A stretch of 61,686 bases of DNA, counting the filler, from Squatina squatina (taxonomy: Eukaryota), in NCBI GenBank assembly GCA_031763465.1. It is 4 parts of 3 records of this genome, joined end to end, with 100 filler letters (N's around TTAATTAATTAA, not from the genome) between each part and the next. Parts side by side here need not be neighbours in the genome. Positions count along the whole stretch, not along the records: positions 33,249 to 47,776 come from JARFOE010000100.1; positions 47,877 to 61,686 come from JARFOE010000004.1; 2 more parts are not named here. One strand, written 5' to 3'. Of the stretch, positions 37,151-48,235 are shown in pieces; positions within the stretch are counted from its first letter, which is position 1, and every line of letters begins with the position of its first letter. Both the position numbers and the translations under genes were made by a program. The notes beneath the pieces are model-generated. The model searched no databases, was not told where the DNA came from, and saw only the letters and a list, made by a program, of their open reading frames with translations.

Positions 37151-40100
37151 TTATTGCCTGTGTAGCTTCTCTCAAACGGCTTTCCTGGATCATATCATAT
37201 CCATTGTGGCGTGCATTGGATACCTTTCCTTGACTGTTGTATTCCCCTATAGCCTCCCACTGCTAGCCCTAATACCTCTATGATGGATTCCTTGTAGTTG
37301 ATAGGTGAGCTTCATACCATCATCTGATGCTGGCACATTTATGGAAGTGATGTGATGAGACTGTAAACTTAATCTTATAAAATAAGAAAAAAATACTGAA
37401 ATGCTGTTGTGAAGGACTGTGAGTGAAAATTTGCATTTTTGCTTTCTTTTTAACAGGAAATTAAAAGTGCACAGTCAGCAAAGTGCACCCCTGATCTATG
37501 AATAATTAATGACAGCTATTTTGTGACTGGTTTCCTGCTGCTGAGGGGGAATTAAAGCAGGAGTAGAAGACTGGTTGAGACCTGATCACCAGCGAGGTGT
37601 TTATCTAATGGGCTTGGGCTTGATGGCATCATGAAACCAAGGCCACTGCCATTCCTGCATGCAAGATATGGTTGATATGTGAAGGGAGCTGCTCCCTGAT
37701 TTTGTATCCTGCCCTCCATTTTGTTTGGGCACTTTTCTGTCCTCTAGCGCCTTGCAAAAGTGGCCATTCTTTGAAGGTTGAGAAGACACGGTGTGGTTTT
37801 CCCTGCTTGCACAGGTCCGAGATCCCCAGTAGAGGGCGTCACGCTGTATCAGCTCTCTGATTTCTAAAAAATCCCAGTGCAAAACCCCACAGAAAGTCTG
37901 TGGGCAAGTGTAAGTGAAGTGGGCGGCAAGCATCATTTGCTGGCTGCTAATTCTCGACCAAAATTGTTAAAAGCTAAAATAATTAAGTGCAGACAGCGGC
38001 AGGAAAATCTATTCAGTGTTACCACCATCACCTATGAGACGAGGGGCCTGAATTTGATTTTTGACACGTTTAGAACGCATATGGGATGGAGCCAGCATTT
38101 CTTTCACTGGCGCCCACCCTGCCCCTCCCGGAATTCAGCGATCCGGGGTGCCTGCGAGATGCAGCATGCTTACGGTCGCTACTCAGATGGCACGCCTTGG
38201 ACGCCGGTGGCGTGACTTCAGCGCCACGTCANNNNNNNNNNNNNNNNNNNNNNNNNNNNNNNNNNNNNNNNNNNNNNNNNNNNNNNNNNNNNNNNNNNNN
38301 NNNNNNNNNNNNNNNNNNNNNNNNNNNNNNNCTTCCATGCATAAAGAGATTATCTAAGCACAGTCATGTGTTTTACTTGCCGTTTCTATTACATATATAG
38401 AGTACTTAATGTGACCTACTGCTACCATTTGGGATAATTGATGGCTTAAACATTGATTGTTTACCAGAATATAAGCTCTCAGTTCAAATAATACACTTAG
38501 TTCCAGGGACACACTGCCCTGCTGGAGGGGAAGGCACTTAAATACAACATTTAAGAACCATCTATTCAGCCGCCTATAGTATCAATGAAACATTCTGTTC
38601 CAAGTAATTTAAAAAATAAAACCATTTTCTCTTCTGTAACAGAATATATTGGGTTTATTCAGAATTTTTCAGTTCATTCACCACATAGAAACTAAGCATA
38701 AGAGGCCACTCGCCTTTTTACTGTACAGTTACCCCAAGTAGTTAGAAAACTGCATTAAATTTCATATATGCAAATTAACAATAACTTGTTTCAGCACTCA
38801 TCCCTACCATGCATCACTTTTCTCAAAAACACAATAAATAAAGTTCATTAGACCAAAACTACAAGGAAATAATATCACTTTTTTTCTTTAAACTTTTTTA
38901 GTTAAAAACTAGCGCTCCAGATAAGGGCCATTAACTACAACAACTTGCATTTATATAGCTCCTTTAACGTGGTAAAACGTCCCACAGGATGGTAAGCAGA
39001 AAAATTTAACACCGAGCTAAAGAAGGAGATTTTGGGACAGGTAACCAACAGCTTGGCCAAAGAGTGTCTGAGGTACTATCTAACATTAGGCAATTAAATA
39101 TTTTTTCATTTTAGGTATCTCTGGATTTATTTTCTACAGTTCTCTAACTTTAGTGAAAATGTAAATGCAAGTACAAAGCTGGTGGTATACATGGATCAGC
39201 AAAGTTGTAGTCGTTTAACACTCATAGAAACATACACATAGAAACATAGAAAATAGGAGCAGGAGTAGGACACTCGACCCTTCAGGCCTCTCCATCATTN
39301 NNNNNNNNNNNNNNNNNNNNNNNNNNNNNNNNNNNNNNNNNNNNNNNNNNNNNNNNNNNNNNNNNNNNNNNNNNNNNNNNNNNNNNNNNNNNNNNNNNNG
39401 TGACTCCACAGTATGTGGTACCGTATCAGTTAATTATTAATTTCAATATCTTAAGTCAAAATCCAATTTATTCTCAATTGTTGTCAGCTTTTGGTAGGGT
39501 GGGGTGATAGGAATTTTTTCGAGTAGGATTAAGCACAATGAATCATCTGCTGGCACTCTAAGCTCACATCTACTTTTTCATTAAAATTAGCAAACACAGG
39601 AATGCTGCTGTGTGTCATCTATTTAACTCGTTAGCATCTCAGAGGCAAAATAATAAATTAGCTTCCCTCAAGACTGATTACAACTTCAGTTACAGTAAAA
39701 ACAACATGCAAATAAAGCCNNNNNNNNNNGGTTATGAAGGACTGAGTATGCAAACAAAAATAGTGGAAATCTACCAGCAGTTACTGGTAAATTATTAGCA
39801 ATGACCAAAGCCAGGTGCTTTTAAAGGACATGGAGAATACATTTCATGCCACAACAGCCCTATGTTGAACATTTAAATATTTGTTATGTGATACTTTCCA
39901 TCATAGTTTAAGCAATGCTTTTCCATTTTCCTACAGAAACATCAATGTATTTCTTCGCCGTGTTGAACAAATGGATTTACAGGTTTAAAGGCCTAACCTA
40001 TAAAATTTCATTGCATATTTGGTTGCCAGATATCATCTTACAGATGAGAATGGTGATTAAATTAATCTAAAATGAAATTTGCCACCAGATGTTGAGGGCA

Positions 40101-42013
40101 GTTACAATGCTTGTTGATTCATTATATGCTGCAAAATAGTTTCATGGGGGCAATTTCAACCCTACCTGGAAAACAGTTAAAATCACCCAGGTCAGTTACC
40201 TGCCTGGGAGTCGCCGGGAACTGACCTGCCATGATATTTCACCTGCTCTTCAGAGACCGGCCCAAAGCCAGAGGGGTTCTTTTAACACATGCATGTCGGG
40301 GCCCGATAATGTCTTTGGAATCTGACTGCAAATTTTATTTGACGGTCTGAGTGGGAAGCACAGTGAGTTTCCTGCCAGGTTAATGCAGTAAGAAATCTGA
40401 TCGGGGCCAGAAGGGATCCATAAAGGCAAGTTCAATATTTTTTAATATTTTCTTTGAGGGGACGGAAGGAACAGGACTTAGCGGGCGGCACCTGGGCCGT
40501 GCAAAATTATGCTGCCTCCCAAAGTGGGCCAACGGCAGTTAAAACACCCTGGGCCTCTTCTGTTGCTGCAGTAGGTGAGTTTTGAACTGACACTAAAACT
40601 CACCCACTGAAAACCGTCCGGAACTAGAAGCTAGGCAATATCTTTTTGTGTTCCAGAAATTAAAAAGTATAATGAAGACAATTTTAATGTTTTTCTAGCT
40701 GATTTCCTCCTGTTTACCATGAGATTGTATAACATTAAAACTACGCACGTTGAAATTGTTGACACTGGCATTGCTAATGCAGTCCATATATGCTACTGTA
40801 GACACTGGATGATTAAGTGCAGGAAATGGGTTCTGATTTTTCTCCTGGGAGACTGGGCTGAGATGCAATAAAAGTCACACACATTTACTCATTTTTTCCA
40901 CAAGGCTCTGCTATTCAACAACAATAAAAGTCAGCACACATTGCTCATAAAAACAATAATGGTCTACTATATGTCAAGAATAATAACCTTTAAATACTGT
41001 GAAAGTAGCTGCTCTTCATGTTTCTCACAAAGAGGAGTTTGCTAGTTATTTTCAAATGGTTTTACTTTACATTTCTCATAAGAGTCATGAGTTGCACTTA
41101 TAAAAGTTAGCTCAGTCGCTATAAATTTCAATTGTGATGGGCCTAGCTGCAAATTAAAGAACCATATTCCAGTTCTAGCACTGACAGACTGACATTTGCA
41201 CTCAGTCTTGTGCTGGGAAGCAAGTAAAGTTTGCCTGTCTCAGCAAGTCCTTTACAATATTAACAATGTCCAGATAGTACATTTTTGACTCTTGCATGTT
41301 CCTGAAGGAGAATGTCGGGGTAGGGAACTAACTTTTATGGAGGGGAGACGAGGTTGAGAGGAAATAAAATAAAGAGATAAAAAAAACTTTTAAAAGTTGT
41401 CTTTGAAGTAATTTGCATCTGTTTCAGGTTTTAAGTGTATGAGAGTAAACNNNNNNNNNNNNNNNNNNNNNNNNNNNNNNNNNNNNNNNNNNNNNNNNNN
41501 NNNNNNNNNNNNNNNNNNNNNNNNNNNNNNNNNNNNNNNNNNNNNNNNNNTGATACATGATCTGTGGAAGGACTTGTCATAATGGGACAACTAGCTATTT
41601 CTTATTCTATGTTTTCCTAGACATCAGGTTTTACTTCCCAACCACGGCGCCCCCTCCCCACCCCGCCACGACCCAATATATGGGCTAAACAGTGCATTAA
41701 AATATCATCCAGGACTATATCTTCCAGCTGAAATCATTTTTAATTCAGTTTTACATTGATCAACAATTGTGTCTCAAAATAATTTAAGTTTGTGAAGGAA
41801 ATAAACTTGAAACATATTATTTGTGAATAATCCAGAATTATTACTCATCACTTAGTATGATAGTTATGTTCTCTTCCTTGGGAAATACCTTTTGATTCAA
41901 ACTCCCTCGCTGGACTGTAATGAAATGAATACATGCTACATTAAGCAGTTCATATTCATTTTAATTTCTGTAATTTTTCTTAATAAAATGGTACAGTACA
42001 AAGGTCATGTTAC

Positions 42014-42609
42014 CTTTTTTCTATTCTTTGGTGTATCTGATTTCTCAAATAGCATTTTCAGGTCATCCAGTGGGATAGCAAATCTCTCAATCCTTCGAGC
42101 AGCTTGAAGATCTTCCTTAACAATTTCATTCTGGGTTGATTCTGTTTCTTGTGTGGATAGTGGTGAAGCTGAAATGCCCTTTCTCTGCGTTTCCCTCACC
42201 ATCATTCTGGTTTCTGACTCACTTTCCATTCTTGTAGAAGTAATATTCTCAGCAGGTACGTTGCAGTATCTCAGAACACAGGATGTCTTCGGTAAAGTTA
42301 CCACAGAAATTCCAGCGCTGGTACTCGTGTTACAGTTGCTGATATTCTTGGGAAGGAAGCAGTGGCTGACCGGTGTTGTTGAAGGGCTGATGTAAAGGCT
42401 TTTCAGTGCTGTCTGAAAGCCTGATATCGAACGAATTGTTCAGCACGAACTTCGAATTACTGGAAACAGACTGAGGTAAAGCCTCATATGACTTGCTTCT
42501 GGGAACATTCCTTGAGGACGATGCAATTGAATCACAAGACTCCCACCTCTTCTTCAAAAGACTCAGTTGAACCCTTCTATATTTGGCATTCTGCCAGCCC
42601 CTCAGTTTT
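42014..42609 (-). pseudogene. XIRP2: XIRP2/LIMA1-family N-terminal exon with a disrupted frame (decayed exon or assembly error)
   Basis: Acceptor ctgatttgtag|AAA and donor AAG|gtaac. Carries LSLLKKRWESCD and KEDLQAARRIERFAIPLDDLKMLFEK, which resemble recalled XIRP2 (KGSLNLLRQKWESCD ... KEDSLSSRRRIERFSI) and LIMA1 (KGTLTVLKKKWE ... IEKYNVPLNRLKMMFEK). The two motifs are in different frames. Paralog identity is uncertain. Confidence 0.65.
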
Positions 42610-44429
42610 CTACAAATCAGAAGATTTAAAAATGTAAACATATGGTAGACAATTGAAACATCATAGAGAAAGTATGTGTTTATAAAATGAATCTCATTTG
42701 TGGCTAAACCACAGCTGTGCAAAAAGCATGAATTTGTTTAAATCCAGCAGCCCTGGTCATGTGAAAACTCAGTCATTCTAAAAGACATTTTCCTTGTTTT
42801 GCTTCCAGCACCAAGTATCAGGCGCACAGCTGACCTTCAACAAACACTGCTGAACTCGGGAGAAAATTCCCAGCTAACAGGAAACCAGACTAGGAAGAGA
42901 GTGCATTCCCATCACTTCCTTGTATGAAATAATGCCACGTAATGATTTCACTCGGAAACCCACTTTTTGTTAAGTAAATGCTCAGGGGGGAAAAATGTAA
43001 AAAAAAAACTTTAAANNNNNNNNNNNNNNNNNNACACTTTATATATAAACCACTAGTTGTTTTATAAATTGGCATCTTTTTTCTTCCCAGATCTGAAAAG
43101 ATATTCTACAATTTTTTAGAATTTACAATAAAGGCTGAGCTTTACTGTCCTGCCCATTATGTTACAGAGAAGAGACAGAACGAGTATACATTGTGCCAAT
43201 AGCCAATTCAATGTTGCATATCTAGCATGAACATTGGTGATATATCATCATGGTGTATCATTCCAACTGGTGCTTTACAAATGAATAAAAATGGAAAATG
43301 TACAATCTGATTACAAAATATTTGGNNNNNNNNNNGCAACACACTGCATAACCTAATAACTCACAATGTTATTTAGTTCAATGTCACTCAGTGAATTTTT
43401 CCACACACCATGGCTCCCCATTGTGTCAGCTCCACAAATAACCTTCAGGGTGGGGTGGGGGACATAATTTCAGCAGCATTTGTTTTGCATTAAAATATAA
43501 TTTTTAATTAGTAAGCTGCATGATATTTTTAACAGATTTTTTATTATGTTCTTTAAATATTCAGTGTCTGATTTAAGACATAAATACCATTGTGTGTAAA
43601 AAAAAATCTTTACCACAAAATGCATCTCTTGCAATATAAAGGTCTGTCTCAGTTCANNNNNNNNNNNNNNNNNNNNNNNNNNNNNNNNNNNNNNNNNNNN
43701 NNNNNNNNNNNNNNNNNNNNNNNNNNNNNNNNNNNNNNNNNNNNNNNNNNNNNNNNTCAGTGCTCAAGAAGTGACTAAAATACTGTTTAATGCAACAATT
43801 CAGGCAACACGCATAGATAATAAAATTCAGGCTTCTTGCACCACTTTGGTAACTGTTACCTTAAAGCCTTTTTCTTACCTGTTGTACACACATTCTTTAA
43901 AAAATAGTTTCATCTGACAACCTCCATAGATCCTTGTACCCTGTACCTCATCATTTCTCACCCGAGAAGATGAGTACAAAATTGTTTCCTAGGGCTCTAT
44001 CATTGCTATTCTGAAGACAATTGCTATCGGGTAACAGAAGTGAACTGCCATGATGTCTCCTCCAATTTTCTTCAATGCTATTGTGAGTGGTTTTCCTTCA
44101 TTCTGCACCTCTCTTTGACAGCCAAGCTGGGAGCTGGAACTTGTCATGTAAGGTATTGTGAAGCTATACCTCAACTGTTCCATGATTCACTGAGTTGGTA
44201 CTGCAAAGATTCTCTGACACTACAGTCTCCTTAATATAAATATTAATGATACTAACGTCCTGGGATTCTTGGGAAACACTTCAACGTAAGGAGTTACATA
44301 TTCTCTGGTTTTCATATCAGCAGAACCTTTTTGCCATCGTCATTTAAGAAATGGAAATTCTTGAAATGATTAGTGCAACACAGAAGCAAAATTAGTGGCT
44401 GCCAAAAAATTAGTAGCTGGTAAAAGGCT

Positions 44430-45132
44430 GTTAGTGTGCATCATCCAGTGCAGACCCGTGTCCTAAGCTAAGCTCGAATGACCACGTAATGTCAGTATTT
44501 GAGCTGGTGCCTGAGGATGAGAGAAGCAGAGACACAGTGCTCGGATCCTCCTCCTCCTCTTCTCCCTCCTGACTGGGTTGTGGTGGCTCAATCACAGGTT
44601 GCTCACCTGGTGGATGATTACCTGAAAGCATAAATGGCACACAAGAGTCACATTAAGGTTAGGGTAGGGGGACAGGAATGGACCAAGGAAGGCAGACAGA
44701 ATGAGGAAGTGCAAAGTGATAAGGCCTTATGCTTTAACGGGGGAAGTGGGATGAGAGGATGGGATAGGAATACCATTGCTGCCCCTTGTGGGCCAATGAG
44801 CCACAGTACTCGCTCCTCAAGGTAGGAAAGCTGGCGCACTTCAGCTTCCCTCCCCCCACTCCAGTCTGCTGCTGCTCCATCCTATTGTGTGCCATCTTGG
44901 CCTGCAAAAGAAAGAAAGCTGTATGAGTAAGAGTAGAGTTATGTATGTGGAAGATACGCCTGCCATGGTTAAATAGCTGTGAATGTAGGCAAAGCGTGAA
45001 ATGAGTCTGCGACTGTGAGTAGGCACAGATGGTTGGTCACTGCATGCTGGGTTAAGTGCTGGTTTGCAGAGTGTGCACAGACAGAGGCGCAGAGGCTGGT
45101 ATGTAAGAGTTGTGCAAACATGTACTCACTTT
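44430..45132 (-). mobile_element. Harbinger ORF2 (Myb/SANT-like) relic with retained introns
   Basis: tttgcag|AKMAHNRMEQQQTG.GG, then a shifted frame LSYLEERVLWLIG, resembling the K.AHN..E...TGGG...LT..EERV..L.G motif of Harbinger-associated MSANTD-type proteins. An acidic EEEEEDP exon starts at 44621. Confidence 0.7.
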
Positions 45133-46584
45133 NNNNNNNNNNNNNNNNNNNNNNNNNNNNNNNNNNNNNNNNNNNNNNNNNNNNNNNNNNNNNNNNNNNN
45201 NNNNNNNNNNNNNNNNNNNNNNNNNNNNNNNNTAGCGAATGCCTTTTGGAAACCAAAATATACTACATCCATTAGTTACCCTTTATCTACCCTGCTAGTT
45301 ACATCCTCAAAAAACTTTAATAAATTTGTCAAAAACAATTTCCCTTTCAACTATGTTGACTCTGCCTGGTCATATTATGATTTTCTAAATGCCCTGCTAC
45401 CACTTCCTTAATAATAGGTTCCAGCATTTCCCCATCAGGCTAACTGGCCTGTAATTCCCTGTTTTCTCTCTCCCTCCTTATAAGGTTCTCTTTAAACTTC
45501 AAGTTAAAAATGTTTTTGCACATCAGATGTAGTTACGATCTTGATACTAATGCCAAACTGTTGCTTTCTGTGAAATTGCAGCATTGCATCACACGTTTGG
45601 GAAAAGATAATTCTGTACTGACATCAAATATGCAGCACAACAGGAGCATTACTCTGTTCATTTTAGTTTCAATATTACTTCAAGCAGACCACCTAAATAA
45701 TGCCATCTCGATTACTTATGTATGCAACTGAAGCCTCTGTGTAATAGCACAATGCAATTTAATTAAAAATTTATTTATCTGGAGCCTAATTAACTAAAAA
45801 AATTCAATATGAAATACCTAGACAAATATAAATATATTATATAACAATGAGCAAAATTGAAAAATTAGGTTCTTACATTTTAAAAAAATAATTAATATTT
45901 TCACTTTTACAGATTGAAACAACTTTTACCAATGCTTTTGCTTCTGCAATCAATTCCAAAACAAGACCTACCTGAAATAATTTCCAGACCAATCCTCTCA
46001 GTTCGGCGATAACCTAACTGTGTGAATTTTTAAATCCAGTTACTTCTATTATATTGGATATGTTAAATTATCAGCTGGTATCTAACTGTTGCTATCCTGA
46101 GCATGTGTGCCCATTGTCACTGCTTTCTTGTATCTGTAAAAGAACTGAGCTGTGCACNNNNNNNNNNNNNNNNNNNNNNNNNNNNNNNNNNNNNNNNNNN
46201 NNNNNNNNNNNNNNNNNNNNNNNNNNNNNNNNNNNNNNNNNNNNNNNNNNNNNNNNNACTTTGCCTTTGTTACAAGCCTCTCTAATTGCTGGATTAATAT
46301 ATTCTGCCACTGTATTGCTGCTATCAGGAAGCCTGTAGAAAACTCCCATTACAGTTTTAAGTGCTCTCTTATTCCTCAATTATAACCATAGATTCCATAG
46401 AAAGGATGCAGAAAAACAGAAAGTAGAGGAAAAAAAATCAAATTCACCCAGTATAAACAAGGAAAAGAGTGAGATTAAGCATCAAGATCTGAGCATGGAC
46501 AAAAATATAAAGTGAAAAGTCGCAGTGTAATATATGAACAACAAAAAGATAAAGTGCACACATGCAATCATCAGAGTGTGGGAA

Positions 46585-47060
46585 ATTGCACTCGAGAGGG
46601 TACAGAGGAGACTTACCAGGATGTTGCCTGGACTGGAGAATTTTAGCAAGGAGGAAAGATTGGATAGGCTGGGGTTGTTTTCTTTGGAACAGAGAAGGAT
46701 TAGGGGCCTAGATAAAGTGGATAGGAAGGACCGATTTCCCTCAGCAGAGAGGTCAATAACCAGAGGTCATAGATTTAAAGTAATTGCTAGAAGGATTAGA
46801 GGGGAATCGAGGAGAATTGTTTTTCATCCTGAGGGTGGTGGGGGTCTGGAACTCACTGCCTGAAAGGATGGTAAAGGCAGGAACGCTCATCACATTTTAA
46901 AAAAAGTACTTGGATATGTACATGAAGTGCCGGAACCTACAAGGCTACGGACCAAGAGCTGGTAAGTCGGGTGAGGCTGGATAGTCAACTCTTTGTCGGC
47001 CAACGCAGACACGACCGCTCGAATGGTCTCCTTCTGTGCTGTAAATGTCTAGGGTTCTAT
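46585..47060 (+). mobile_element. CR1 LINE 3' end
   Basis: Reads ALERVQRRLTRMLPGL...ERLDRLGLFSLEQRR..G...TRGHRFK, followed by a CR1 3' UTR ending gaatggtctccttctgtgctgtaa...ttctat. Confidence 0.9.
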
Positions 47061-47419
47061 AAACTGACAATCTTCCTCAAGGACCAACAGAGCAACATTA
47101 AAGCAAAGTTTTCAAAGATAAGTTGTTCTAAGCTACTGCATTAGCCCACCCTCCTGCAATCTTTAAGATTGTTCTGTAATGTCGCACCTGGTGGTGGCAC
47201 AAGAGTAGCTTTCTAACAGTACTTTCACCAGACTGCAATGTCATTGGCAGAGCCTGGAGAAAAATCTGTACAATGGCCAGATAATAATCTCATTACAATG
47301 CGAAATGCATTGAAGCAGAGGCCTTTTGTGTTTTCGGGGCTTGTGTGGATGTGTATGCTTCGCTCTTATTCTTTCCACAGCAGTCTGTGCGTCTCAGCAA
47401 CAAAAGCAATGTGCACATG

Positions 47420-47776
47420 TAGACGATGTAAATGACTCCCGTATAGTTCAGTGGGTGCGTGTATGATTGGCTCGGGCAAGTCACGTTGCAGTGTGTTGCC
47501 ATTCTGCCGGTGCAGAACCGCTCCATTGTTTCGATTGAGAGGCGGAAGATCTTTCCTATTTCCAGCTGGGTATTATTGTGTGTCAGTTTCGCTGCGTTAC
47601 TTCTTGGCCTCTCTTTATGTGGACACAACGAAGTCCGGCAGGGCAAGGAACTAAAAATGCAACTGTCACGCTTTGCAAATTAATGTTTTTGCACAAAAAT
47701 AAACAAAAAGCAAAGATCGGGTGAAAAGCAGGCTCGGATCAGCAGCTAGGAAGCCTCGGGCTTGCCTATACGACGT
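47420..47776. promoter_or_regulatory. Possible CpG-enriched promoter fragment at the scaffold end
   Basis: Local CpG enrichment with an inverted CCAAT box (gattggct ~47465), gtcacgt (~47480) and an ETS-like ggcggaag (~47541). No gene assignable. Confidence 0.3.
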
Positions 47777-47820
47777 NNNNNNNNNNNNNNNNNNNNNNNN
47801 NNNNNNNNNNNNNNNNNNNN

Positions 47821-47832
47821 TTAATTAATTAA
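47821..47832. other. Artificial scaffold linker TTAATTAATTAA
   Basis: Same 12-mer centred in block 47777-47876. Confidence 0.95.
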
Positions 47833-48133
47833 NNNNNNNNNNNNNNNNNNNNNNNNNNNNNNNNNNNNNNNNNNNNACCGATATGCAAGGTTAGTCAAAT
47901 TAAGAAATAGTTTGAACCAAATGAAATGATTTTTCGTGCTCTAAATACATTTGAATTGTGACATGCATTGTATGCAAGATTTTTTTTATTCAACAGGTAA
48001 ATCGTTGAACATTCATGACAAGCTCTTGAAGACTGTTACAATGGGATGGAATGTACAGCCAAGATGAGAAACAGTATGTTGCCAATTTGAACCTGAATCA
48101 CTTTGGAAAGTCTCAAAGCAAACAAATACTCAC

Positions 48134-48235
48134 CGTACCCCATCTGCTTTCCAGCTGACTTTATATGGCTTTTGTTCGACAAATTTTATATTTTGTTTGT
48201 CCATAGAAACAGGCTGGGCTCCAGGAAATCCTGAC
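48134..48235 (-). CDS. RNGTT: mRNA capping enzyme exon with guanylyltransferase motif I (KxDG)
   Basis: tccag|G...CG|gtgag, 102 nt. Reads [33 protein letters not shown](R). The ORF track shows a different frame here. Confidence 0.95.

Noticed and set aside
17924-47832. Recurring TTAATTAATTAA as a biological motif
   Set aside because: It is always exactly centred in N runs, so it is an artificial linker.
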